In this document: piece after piece, positions 46,461 through 54,995 of the stretch
How the letters are laid out: each line of letters opens with the position of its first letter
Numbering within the stretch: the stretch's first letter is position 1
Program-made: the position numbers and the translations under genes
NCBI GenBank assembly: GCA_046726215.1
Contig: JBKPAA010000008.1
Coordinates: forward strand, 24,568 to 88,567
Reading direction: 5' to 3'
Origin: Actinomycetota bacterium
GTDB lineage: Bacteria; Actinomycetota; Acidimicrobiia; Acidimicrobiales; VFJN01
DNA length: 64,000 nt
Notes under the pieces: model-generated
What the model saw: the letters and a program-made list of their open reading frames with translations, nothing else
The model's database searches: none
What the model was told of the DNA's origin: nothing

Positions 46461-46889
46461 TCAGGTCGCGAGCGACGCCTCGAGCTGGATGTCGACACCG
46501 GCGAGGGCCTTGGAGACCGGGCAGGTGGCCTTGGCGGCCTCGGCCTGCTCCTGGAAGGCGGCGGGCTCGATGCCGGGCACGTCGGCCGAGGTAGCGAGGT
46601 CGATGCGGCTGATCCGGAATCCGCCGTCGGCGGGCACGAGGTGGACCCTGGCGCTGGTCTCCACCGAGTCGGGCGGAAACCCGGCTCTTTCCAGCCCGGC
46701 GGACAGTGCCATCGAGAAGCAGCCGGCGTGAGCCGCGCCGATCAGCTCCTCGGGGTTCGTGCCGGTGCCCTCCTCGAAGCGGGAGGAGAACGAGTACTGG
46801 CCCTCGAAGGCCCCGCTCCCCAGGCGCATTGTGCCCTTGCCGTCGCGGAGTCCCCCCTGCCAGTGGGCGGTGGCGGTGCGTGCGGGCAT
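46461..46889 (-). CDS. osmC: OsmC family peroxiredoxin
   Basis: GTNPEELIGAAHAGCFSMA, AKATCPVSKAL; GGAGG RBS. Confidence 0.95.
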   Translation of the reverse strand: MPARTATAHWQGGLRDGKGTMRLGSGAFEGQYSFSSRFEEGTGTNPEELIGAAHAGCFSMALSAGLERAGFPPDSVETSARVHLVPADGGFRISRIDLATSADVPGIEPAAFQEQAEAAKATCPVSKALAGVDIQLEASLAT

Positions 46890-46956
46890 GTCGTTCCTCC
46901 CAGGGTCGTCTGTGGGTACCCGTCCTCGGCTGCACGTTAGGTCGTACGCTCGGGCG

Positions 46957-47649
46957 GTGGCCGATGCGGACATCGAGGCCGGCCCGGGGGCCGACGGACC
47001 GGGGAGCCGGAAGGAGCCACTCATCAGCGCCGCGGCGCTCGGCGGGGTCACCAGGGCGCTCGGCTGGCTGCTGGTGATCGCCGGTGCGGGCCTGGCGGCC
47101 ACGGGTGTGCCGCTGATCTTCGTCTACCGGCCCGACGACCCGGTGACCGGCGATCGGTCCGATGTCTGGTGGCTGCGGGGGGCGCACAACGTCACGTCGA
47201 CGATGTTCCTCGGGGCGATCGCGGGCATGGTGGCGGTGCTGGCAGTGGCCTTCGTGTGGCGGCTGCGGGTGCCGCCCGGGTGGCTCGTGGCGCTCGGGGG
47301 CTTGGCGGTCGCCATCGTGGGTTTGATCTCGGGCCAGCTCATCGCCTGGGACCGCCTGGCAATGACGTCCGTGACGGCGTCGGACTCGCGGGGCGTCGTC
47401 GACGCGCTGTCGGCCGACGTGCGCTCCGTGGTTGTCGACGGCACCCGGGTGTCCCGCGGCGCGTACGCCGCCTGGGCCGGCGTGCACCTGCTGGCCGTGC
47501 CGGTGGTGGCGCTCGGCCTGGCCTGGCTCGCCCGCCGCCGAACGAGCCACCGACGGCCCCCGGTGTCACCCGCGGGTGAACCGGCGCCGGATTCTTCCGG
47601 TCCTCGCGAGGCATCGGCACCGGAACCGGAATCCGGGATGTTCGGCTAG
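46957..47649 (+). CDS. Membrane protein resembling the cytochrome b/b6 N-terminal domain
   Basis: ATGVPLIFVYRP, WLRGAH, ISGQLIAWD, VHLLAVP parallel the cyt b helix A-D motifs; TACGCT -10 at 46945-46950. Confidence 0.7.
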   Translation: MADADIEAGPGADGPGSRKEPLISAAALGGVTRALGWLLVIAGAGLAATGVPLIFVYRPDDPVTGDRSDVWWLRGAHNVTSTMFLGAIAGMVAVLAVAFVWRLRVPPGWLVALGGLAVAIVGLISGQLIAWDRLAMTSVTASDSRGVVDALSADVRSVVVDGTRVSRGAYAAWAGVHLLAVPVVALGLAWLARRRTSHRRPPVSPAGEPAPDSSGPREASAPEPESGMFG

Positions 47650-47680
47650 CGGGAACCTCGGCGGCGGTCGCCGACGTCCA

Positions 47681-47704
47681 ACCCCCGTAATCCGCTACGG
47701 GGGT
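47681..47704. promoter_or_regulatory. Perfect 9 bp inverted repeat upstream of the DUF2330-like/cupredoxin operon
   Basis: ACCCCCGTA-ATCCGC-TACGGGGGT. Confidence 0.55.
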
Positions 47705-47723
47705 ATCGGACCGGGAGGCGACG

Positions 47724-48797
47724 ATGCGGAGTCGAATGGTGGTAGTGGGGGCTCTGGCGGCCGTGCCGATCGCCGTTTGGAGCGCGGCGCCGGCGGGAGC
47801 CTGCGGCGGACTGGTGGGCGAGAACGGCACGATCGAGCTGGTGCGCACCTCCACGCTGGCGGCCTACACCGGCGGGGTGGAGCGCTACGTGACGGCCTTC
47901 GAGTTCACCGGCGAGGGCAAGGAGGTCGGCTCGATCGTCCCGCTCCCCGACGTGCCCACCAAGGTGGAGCGCGGCGGCGACTGGACGCTGCAGCGGCTGG
48001 CCCAGGAGGTGGCACCGCCCGCGGAGGAGAGGCTCAGCGCGGACTTCGCCGCCGAGGCCGCCGATGGCGCCGAGGTCATCCTCGAGACCCAGATCGACGC
48101 CCTCGACATCACCGTGCTGAAGGGCGGCGGCGACGAGGTGGGGGAGTGGGCCGTCGACAACGGGTTCCTGCTCACGCCCGACGCCCCCGAGGTCCTCGAC
48201 TATTACGCCCAGCGCAGCCCGGTGTTCATGGCGGCGCGCTTCGACGCCCGGCGGGCCAGGGAGCTGGGCCAGGGTGCGGGCGACAGCACCCCGATCATGG
48301 CGACTATCCCCACCGACAACCCCTGGGTCCCGGTGCGGATCCTCGGCCTGGGCCTGGACGGCAGCCAGAACGTCGAGGCCGACGTGTTCCTGCTGACCGA
48401 CGACGAGCCCGAGCTCCTGGCCGGCGGGACGGGGCTGACGCTCGACCGCAGCGAAGCGGCCTCGGACCTGCTGCTCTCGGACCTACGCTCCGACGTCGGC
48501 ATGGAGTGGGTGCCCGACGGCATGTGGCTGTCGTACATGAAGCTCGCCGCCCCGGCGGCGGAGCTCGACTACGACCTCGCGGTGTCCGCCACCCCGGGGG
48601 TCACGCCGTCGCTGGTCGACGCCGGGGTGCCCGAGCCCGAGGCCATCCCGGTGGGGTCGGCGGATTCGGGCCGCGCGTGGTGGCCGCTCGCCGCCGGCGC
48701 CGCGGCCGGTGCCGCAGTCCTGGCCGCCGGCTGGATCTGGTGGCGGCGGGACGTGGTGGGTTCCGAGCCCGCGGGCGGCGGCCCGCGCTGGGCATGA
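47724..48797 (+). CDS. DUF2330-like secreted protein with C-terminal membrane anchor
   Basis: Signal peptide then ACGGLV, GSIVPLP, EWAVDNGF, VFMAARF; C-terminal TM plus RR. Confidence 0.7.
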   Translation: MRSRMVVVGALAAVPIAVWSAAPAGACGGLVGENGTIELVRTSTLAAYTGGVERYVTAFEFTGEGKEVGSIVPLPDVPTKVERGGDWTLQRLAQEVAPPAEERLSADFAAEAADGAEVILETQIDALDITVLKGGGDEVGEWAVDNGFLLTPDAPEVLDYYAQRSPVFMAARFDARRARELGQGAGDSTPIMATIPTDNPWVPVRILGLGLDGSQNVEADVFLLTDDEPELLAGGTGLTLDRSEAASDLLLSDLRSDVGMEWVPDGMWLSYMKLAAPAAELDYDLAVSATPGVTPSLVDAGVPEPEAIPVGSADSGRAWWPLAAGAAAGAAVLAAGWIWWRRDVVGSEPAGGGPRWA

Positions 48798-49363
48798 CCC
48801 CCACGAGCGCGTCGGTCGGCGTGCGGCAGAGCGCCGATGCGCCGGGGCGGTCCGACGGGACCGCCCCGGCCGCCCGGGGCCCGCAGGCCGTGGGGCGAGG
48901 GCGTCCCCGGCGGTGGCCGTGGCTGGTGACCAGCGCGGTCGTTGCCGTCACCGTCGCCGGGGCCGGGTTCGCCGGCGCCGGCGCCGGAACCGGGGACCCG
49001 CCCATGCCAACGCTCGGTCCGGGCGACGTGACCGTCGAGCTGCATGTCGAGCACTCACTGTTCGAGCCGACCGAGATACGCGTGGTGGAGGGCACACGGC
49101 TGCGGTTCGTTCTCGACAACGACGATCCCATCAACCACGAGCTGATCGTTGGCGGGCCCGAGGTGCACGCCCGCCACGCCCGGGGCACCGAGGCCCGGCA
49201 CCCGTCGGTTCCGGGCGAGGTGTCGGTCGGCCCCAACGAGAGGGGCGTGACGACCCTGCGGTTCGACGAGCCCGGCACGTTCGAGTTCGCCTGCCACCTG
49301 CCGGGGCACTACGAGTACGGCATGCACGGCGTGGTGGAGGTGGTCCCGGCCCGCAGCGCCTGA
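48794..49363 (+). CDS. Cupredoxin (type-1 copper) domain protein
   Basis: INHELIVG and FACHLPGHYEYGM ligands; ATGA overlap. Confidence 0.9.
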   Translation: MTPTSASVGVRQSADAPGRSDGTAPAARGPQAVGRGRPRRWPWLVTSAVVAVTVAGAGFAGAGAGTGDPPMPTLGPGDVTVELHVEHSLFEPTEIRVVEGTRLRFVLDNDDPINHELIVGGPEVHARHARGTEARHPSVPGEVSVGPNERGVTTLRFDEPGTFEFACHLPGHYEYGMHGVVEVVPARSA

Positions 49364-49397
49364 GCGCCGACACGCGGTGCCGCGTACCGTGGCGCTC

Positions 49398-51353
49398 GTG
49401 GGCCAGCCAGCCAGGGGCAGGGTGCTGTGGGAGCCGCCCGAAGACGCGCGGGAGCGCACCCGGATCGGTCGCTACCTGGCCTGGCTCGACGCTCATCGGG
49501 GCCGGTCGTTCCCGGACTACGACAGCCTGTGGCGCTGGTCGGTCGACGATCTCGACGGCTTCTGGCGCACGGTCTGGCAACACTTCCAGCTCGAGTCGGC
49601 CACGCCGATCGACCGGGCGCTCGCCCGCCCCGACATGCCCGGCGCCGTGTGGTTCCCGGGAGCGCTCGTCAACTACGCGGGCCACGTACTGCGCAGCGAC
49701 CCGGCCGGGCCGGCCGTCATCGCCAGGTCCCAGTCGCGCGATCCGTTCGAGCTGAGCATGGCCGAGCTCCGCGACCAGGTGGCCCGCTGTCGGGCAGGGC
49801 TGCTGCGGCTGGGCGTGCGCCGTGGCGACCGGGTGGCGGCCTACCTGCCCAACGTCCCCGAGGCGGTGGTAGCCCTGCTGGCCGCCGCGAGCCTCGGGGC
49901 GATCTGGTCGTCGTGCGCTCCCGAGTTCGGCACCCGCAGCGTGGTCGATCGGCTCCGCCAGATCGAGCCGGCCGTGCTCCTGGCCGTCGATGGATACCGC
50001 TATGGCGCCAAGCGGGTCGACCGGGCCGCCGAGGTCGCCGAGGTCCGGGCCCAGCTGCCGTCGGTGCGCCACGTCGTCACCGTCGGCTATCTCGACCCCG
50101 ATGCCCGGCTCCCGGACTCGCTCACATGGGGCGAGCTGCTAGCCGAACCCGGGGAGCTGGCGTTCGAGCCGGTGCCGTTCGACCACCCGCTGTACGTCCT
50201 CTACTCGTCCGGCACGACCGGGCTGCCGAAGCCGATCGTGCACGGCCATGGCGGCATCCTGGTCGAGCACTACAAGGTGCTCGGGTTGCACAACGACCTC
50301 GGCGCCGGCGACCGCTTCCTCTGGTTCTCGACCACCGGCTGGATGATGTGGAACTACCTGGTCTCCGGCCTGCTGGTGGGGGCGACGCTGGTGCTGTTCG
50401 ACGGCGACCCCGGCCATCCCGACCTGGGGGCGCTGTGGCGCATGGCCGGCGACGACGGGGTCACGTTCTTCGGCACGTCGGCGCCCTTCCTGCTGGCCTG
50501 CCGCAAGGCGGGGGTCGCCCCCGCCGAGGTCGCCGACCTCGGCGCCCTGCGGGCCGTCGGCTCCACCGGCGCACCCCTGCCGGCCGAGGGGTTCGAGTGG
50601 GTCTACGAGGCGGTCGGCCGTGACCTGATGCTGTCGTCCATCAGCGGGGGCACCGACGTGTGCACGGCGTTCGTGGGCGGCTGCCCCTTGGTGCCGGTCC
50701 GTTCGGGCGAGATCTCGTGCCGCTACCTCGGCGCCAGCGTCGAGGCCTACGCCGAGGGACGGCCGGTCGTGGGGGAGCAGGGCGAGCTGGTGATCACGGC
50801 CCCCATGCCGTCCATGCCGGTGGCGTTCTGGGGCGACGAGGACGGCTCGCGCTACCGGGCCGCCTACTTCCACGACCATCCCGGGGTGTGGACCCACGGC
50901 GACTGGATCACGGTCTACGGGGACGGCGCCTGCGTCATCACCGGGCGATCCGACGCCACCCTCAATCGGGGCGGCGTCCGGATGGGGACTGCCGAGCTGT
51001 ACTCCGTGGTGGAGGGCCTACCCGAGGTGGCCGACAGCCTGGTGGTCCACCTGGAGGATGCGGACGGCGGGGCGGGCAGGCTGCTGCTCTTCGTGGCCCC
51101 GGCGGCCGGGATCGAGGTCGACGACGAGCTCCGGAATCGCATCGCCAAGGCGCTGCGCACCGAGCTGTCGCCCCGGCACGTGCCCGACGAGATCCACGCC
51201 GTCCCGGGCGTGCCCCGCACCCTGTCGGGCAAGAAGCTCGAGGTACCCGTGAAGCGCATGCTCCAAGGCGTCGACCTCGATCGCGCCGCCAGCCGCGGGA
51301 GCCTCGCCAACCCCGACGTACTCGACGCCTACCGGGCGTTCGTCGAGCGGTAG
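49398..51353 (+). CDS. aacS: Acetoacetate-CoA ligase
   Basis: YDSLWRWSV, YSSGTTGLPK, TTGWMMWN, SISGGTD, GRSDATLNRGG, PRTLSGKK; TACCGT -10 at 49385-49390. Confidence 0.95.
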   Translation: MGQPARGRVLWEPPEDARERTRIGRYLAWLDAHRGRSFPDYDSLWRWSVDDLDGFWRTVWQHFQLESATPIDRALARPDMPGAVWFPGALVNYAGHVLRSDPAGPAVIARSQSRDPFELSMAELRDQVARCRAGLLRLGVRRGDRVAAYLPNVPEAVVALLAAASLGAIWSSCAPEFGTRSVVDRLRQIEPAVLLAVDGYRYGAKRVDRAAEVAEVRAQLPSVRHVVTVGYLDPDARLPDSLTWGELLAEPGELAFEPVPFDHPLYVLYSSGTTGLPKPIVHGHGGILVEHYKVLGLHNDLGAGDRFLWFSTTGWMMWNYLVSGLLVGATLVLFDGDPGHPDLGALWRMAGDDGVTFFGTSAPFLLACRKAGVAPAEVADLGALRAVGSTGAPLPAEGFEWVYEAVGRDLMLSSISGGTDVCTAFVGGCPLVPVRSGEISCRYLGASVEAYAEGRPVVGEQGELVITAPMPSMPVAFWGDEDGSRYRAAYFHDHPGVWTHGDWITVYGDGACVITGRSDATLNRGGVRMGTAELYSVVEGLPEVADSLVVHLEDADGGAGRLLLFVAPAAGIEVDDELRNRIAKALRTELSPRHVPDEIHAVPGVPRTLSGKKLEVPVKRMLQGVDLDRAASRGSLANPDVLDAYRAFVER

Positions 51354-51360
51354 CCGATCG

Positions 51361-51410
51361 GTTTTCCCCGCGGGATCGGCCGCTGGGGCGGCCGATCCCG
51401 CGAAGAAAAC
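51361..51410. repeat. REP-like palindrome, copy 2
   Basis: GTTTTCCCCGCGGGATCGGCCGC-TGGG-GCGGCCGATCCCGCGAAGAAAAC. Confidence 0.8.
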
Positions 51411-51520
51411 GCGGAAGTGCGGCCCCGCGCCCTCGCCGCCCGGCCTGCGGCGCCGACATGGCACGATGTCTGACGCGGTTTCAGGTCGCCGGCTCGCCGG
51501 CTGCGAGGAAGAGGAGAGTC

Positions 51521-52975
51521 ATGGAGACCAAGGACACGCTCTACATCGGTGGCGAGTGGGTGGCGTCGGCGTCCACGAGCACGATCGAGGTGATCAGCCC
51601 CACCACCGAGGAGGTGATCGCCAGGGTGCCCGAAGCGTCCGAGGGTGACGTCGACCGGGCCGTGGACGCCGCCAAGGCGGCGCTGGGCGGCCCGTTCCCG
51701 CGGCTGTCGGCGGCCGAGCGGGCCGAGTACATCGCCAAGCTGTCCCAAGCCATCCAGGCCCGCGCCCCCGAGTTCGCCGAGACCATCACCGGCGAGATGG
51801 GATCGCCATCGAGCTGGGCGCTCGTCGGCCAGGTGCTGTCGTCGACGATGGTGTTCGATGGCTGGGTCGAGCTGGCCCGGACGTTCCCGTTCGAGGAGCT
51901 CCGGACGGGCGCACTGGGACCGGTGCTCGTGCGCAAGGAACCGGTGGGCGTGTCGGCGGGGATCATCCCGTGGAACGTGCCGTTGTTCATCGTCGCCCTC
52001 AAGCTGGGCGCCGCCCTTGCCGCCGGGTCGCCCATGATCCTCAAGCCGTCCCCCGAGACACCGCTCGACGGTTACCTGTTGGCCGAGGTCCTCGACGAGA
52101 TCGGGCTCCCCAAGGGCATGGTGTCGATCCTGCCCGCGGGCCGCGAGATCGGCGAGTACATCGTGCGCCACCGAGGCGTCGACAAGGTCGGGTTCACCGG
52201 CTCGACCGCCGCCGGCCGCAAGGTGGGTGCCATCTGCGGCGAGATGCTCAAGCGCTGCACGCTCGAGCTCGGGGGCAAGTCGGCGGCCATCGTGCTCGAT
52301 GACGCCGACCTGGCCAGCTCGATCCCGCTGCTCATGCCCAACGCCCTCATGAACAACGGCGAGGCGTGCGTCGCACAGACGCGGATCCTGGCACCGCGGT
52401 CCCGCTACGGCGAGGTGGTCGACGCCGTGGCCGAGGCGGTCAAGGGCACGACGGTGGGCGATCCTGCCGACCCCTCGGTCGCGGTGGGGCCGCTGGTGGC
52501 CGAGCGTCAGCGCGACCGGGTGCTCGGCTACATCGAGAAGGGCCGCAGCGAGGGCGCCAAGCTCGCCGTCGGCGGTGGGCGCCCGGCCGGCCTCGACCGG
52601 GGCTGGTTCGTGGAGCCCACCCTCTTCGTGGACGTCGACAACAAGATGACGATCGCCCAGGAGGAGATCTTCGGGCCGGTACTCGCCGTCCTCGCCTACG
52701 ACGACGAGGCCGACGCGGTCCGCATCGCCAACGACAGCGACTACGGCCTGTCGGGCTCGGTGTGGACACAGGATGTCGAGCGGGGCATCGACGTCGCCCG
52801 CCAGGTGCGCACCGGGACCTACGGGATCAACCAGTTCGGCACCATCGACCTGCGCAACCCATTCGGCGGCTTCAAGGCGTCGGGCGTGGGCCGCGAGCTG
52901 GGCCCGGAGGGGCTGTCCGCCTACCTGGAGACAAAGTCGATCCTGCTGCCCGGGGACTACCAGCCGCCGGTTTGA
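51521..52975 (+). CDS. Aldehyde dehydrogenase
   Basis: IPWNVP, FTGSTAAG, LELGGKS, GEACVA, EEIFGP; GAGGAG RBS. Confidence 0.96.
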   Translation: METKDTLYIGGEWVASASTSTIEVISPTTEEVIARVPEASEGDVDRAVDAAKAALGGPFPRLSAAERAEYIAKLSQAIQARAPEFAETITGEMGSPSSWALVGQVLSSTMVFDGWVELARTFPFEELRTGALGPVLVRKEPVGVSAGIIPWNVPLFIVALKLGAALAAGSPMILKPSPETPLDGYLLAEVLDEIGLPKGMVSILPAGREIGEYIVRHRGVDKVGFTGSTAAGRKVGAICGEMLKRCTLELGGKSAAIVLDDADLASSIPLLMPNALMNNGEACVAQTRILAPRSRYGEVVDAVAEAVKGTTVGDPADPSVAVGPLVAERQRDRVLGYIEKGRSEGAKLAVGGGRPAGLDRGWFVEPTLFVDVDNKMTIAQEEIFGPVLAVLAYDDEADAVRIANDSDYGLSGSVWTQDVERGIDVARQVRTGTYGINQFGTIDLRNPFGGFKASGVGRELGPEGLSAYLETKSILLPGDYQPPV

Positions 52976-53007
52976 CCCGCCCCGGTCCGTCGCCGGAGCA
53001 TGGGCCC

Positions 53008-53388
53008 ATGCGCCGGCGAGCCCTCGCCGCCCCCGCCGTCCTCCTGGTGGCCGGCCTCACGATCCTCGCCACCCCGGTCGCCGGCGCGGCGACCGGGCAC
53101 GTCGGTGGGACCGTCGCGGCGTGGTCTCAGCAGCCGCAGGACGATCCGGACGGCGACCCGTCCACCGACGACGCGCCCCTCCCGGAACAGGACATGATCC
53201 CCAGGCCCAACTCCGGGCGCCCTCCCTCCGACGCCGGCGACCGCGGGGGAGCCCTCCAGGGGCTGGTGCTCCTGTTCATCGTTGGGGGCGTGGGGGGGAT
53301 CGCGGTCCTCGCCCTGCGGGATTCCCGCAGGGCCCGGGCCCGCCGGATGCGGGCGTCGGACGAGTCCGCTCAGGCCAGCTCCCCGTAG
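53008..53388 (+). CDS. Hypothetical exported protein with C-terminal TM helix
   Basis: Signal peptide, acidic Pro-rich linker, IPRPNSG..GDRGG, TM plus basic tail. Confidence 0.7.
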   Translation: MRRRALAAPAVLLVAGLTILATPVAGAATGHVGGTVAAWSQQPQDDPDGDPSTDDAPLPEQDMIPRPNSGRPPSDAGDRGGALQGLVLLFIVGGVGGIAVLALRDSRRARARRMRASDESAQASSP

Positions 53389-54881
53389 TCGCGCTCGCAG
53401 CCTGCGAGCCCGTCGATCACCCCGGTGCGCAGGGCGTCGGTACGTTCGAAGGCGGTGCCGGTCTCGTCGGAGAGAGCGTCGCCGTAGGCGATGAAGGCCT
53501 GGATCCCCTCGTCGAGGTCGCCGGGCGAGATGCTGAGGAGGCTGGAGTCCGGCTCGCCACGGGCCACGTCGGGAGCGATCGAGCGGGCATACAGGCCGGT
53601 CATGCAGTCGGCCTGCAGGCTCTGGTTCTCGCCCTCGGTGTCGAGCCCGAGCTGGGCCTGGGCGGCGATTGCCCAGAGCCGGGCGACCTCGGTCCCGAAG
53701 GCGAAGTCGCCGATCCGGTAGAGATCGGTGATCAGGCGGCTGCCGTCGAGCACGACGACGTTCTCGTCCTCGCAGTAGACGGCGGCGCCTCGCAGCTCGT
53801 TCCCCGAGACCGTGTCGCCGCCACAGCTGATCGCGTCACTGGCCGGGTCGACGAGCACGAGGTCGTCGACCGGCGTCCACGCCTCGCCGAGCTGCTCGAA
53901 GAGGGTCGTGTAGAAGACGTTGAGATCGGCCTCGAGCAAGGACGCCAACCCGCAACCGGTGGCTTCCCCGGCTCGGGGGTCGTACTGGCCCGAGAGGACC
54001 CTGTCGTCGAGGTCCGCAGGGCACGGCAACGAAGGCACGTCGTCCGGTGCGAGGGTGCCGGGGTCGGTCGACGCCCCGCTACGGAACGGCATGTCGAACG
54101 TCCGGCGGGGCGCGGCCTCGTACGCGGCGCAGTGCTCGGGACCGTCCTCGTAGCCCTCCTGGAACGCGCCGATGCGGTCGAATCCACTGCCGTGGGCCCC
54201 GGGGTCGTCCTCGACGGTGCCGGGCTGGTCCCGGATGGCCACCATGCCGGCGACGCTCGAGTCCAGCTCGCGGTCCGTGACTTCGAACGTGTCGCTGCCG
54301 CCGTCGGCCACGTGCGCGGTCCACGCCCCCGCATAGCAGTCGGCCTGCAGCTCGAGGTCGATGGTGCGGCCCCCGACGCCGGCCCGCTCCTGGATGGCGT
54401 GCGCGAACTCGTGGGCGAACACGATGCCCACGGTGAACGCGCCGAACGTCTCGTCGAGCTGGGGGATCAGGTTCACCTGGTCCCAGGCGATCAGGTCCTC
54501 CGCCGGGCAGTAGAAGGCGTTGCCGGCGATGTCCCGGTAGCTGATGGGGGCCGCCCCACAGCGCGGCAGCTCCGTGTCGGGGCCGTAGGCCTGGTAGCCG
54601 CCGGCCAGCGGCCGGAAGGGGCCGCCGTAGACCTCGGGATAGGTCTCGGTCCAATAGGCCTCGACGTCGTGTATGGCGCCGGCGACCAGCGCGTCGAGGT
54701 CGTCGGTCGGTTCCGGGCCGGGGCGGTCGGCCTCCGAGTCGCCAGATCCCCCAACGGCCTCCCCGGCCGGGCCCCCACCCAGGGGATTCTCGTCCGCCTC
54801 CTGTGCACACGCCCCCGAGCTCAGGACCAGCACCGCGGTGGCCACCAGGGGCCCCGACCACGACCACCGCCAACGCTGCAC
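53370..54881 (-). CDS. Neutral zinc metallopeptidase lipoprotein (LpqM-like, duplicated domain)
   Basis: Lipobox-like SGAC, NAFYCP, AHEFAHAIQ, ELQADCYAG, HGSGFDR; second repeat lacks HExxH. Confidence 0.88.
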   Translation of the reverse strand: MQRWRWSWSGPLVATAVLVLSSGACAQEADENPLGGGPAGEAVGGSGDSEADRPGPEPTDDLDALVAGAIHDVEAYWTETYPEVYGGPFRPLAGGYQAYGPDTELPRCGAAPISYRDIAGNAFYCPAEDLIAWDQVNLIPQLDETFGAFTVGIVFAHEFAHAIQERAGVGGRTIDLELQADCYAGAWTAHVADGGSDTFEVTDRELDSSVAGMVAIRDQPGTVEDDPGAHGSGFDRIGAFQEGYEDGPEHCAAYEAAPRRTFDMPFRSGASTDPGTLAPDDVPSLPCPADLDDRVLSGQYDPRAGEATGCGLASLLEADLNVFYTTLFEQLGEAWTPVDDLVLVDPASDAISCGGDTVSGNELRGAAVYCEDENVVVLDGSRLITDLYRIGDFAFGTEVARLWAIAAQAQLGLDTEGENQSLQADCMTGLYARSIAPDVARGEPDSSLLSISPGDLDEGIQAFIAYGDALSDETGTAFERTDALRTGVIDGLAGCERDYGELA

Positions 54882-54995
54882 CAGTAGGCCTCCCGTCGAC
54901 GCCGCCGCCCATCGACGTAGGGGACCGAAGCTACCGCGCCGCACGTGACAACTGACCCCGCCCGGGTGGGCTCGCCACCCGTAGCCTCGTGGTCT

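Noticed and set aside
51462-51485. CTGA-N7-TCAG palindrome upstream of ALDH
   Set aside because: Only 4 bp arms and no second copy noticed; too weak to call
53370-54000. Second peptidase repeat lacking HExxH
   Set aside because: Appears to be a normal trait of LpqM-like proteins as I recall them; not evidence of novelty
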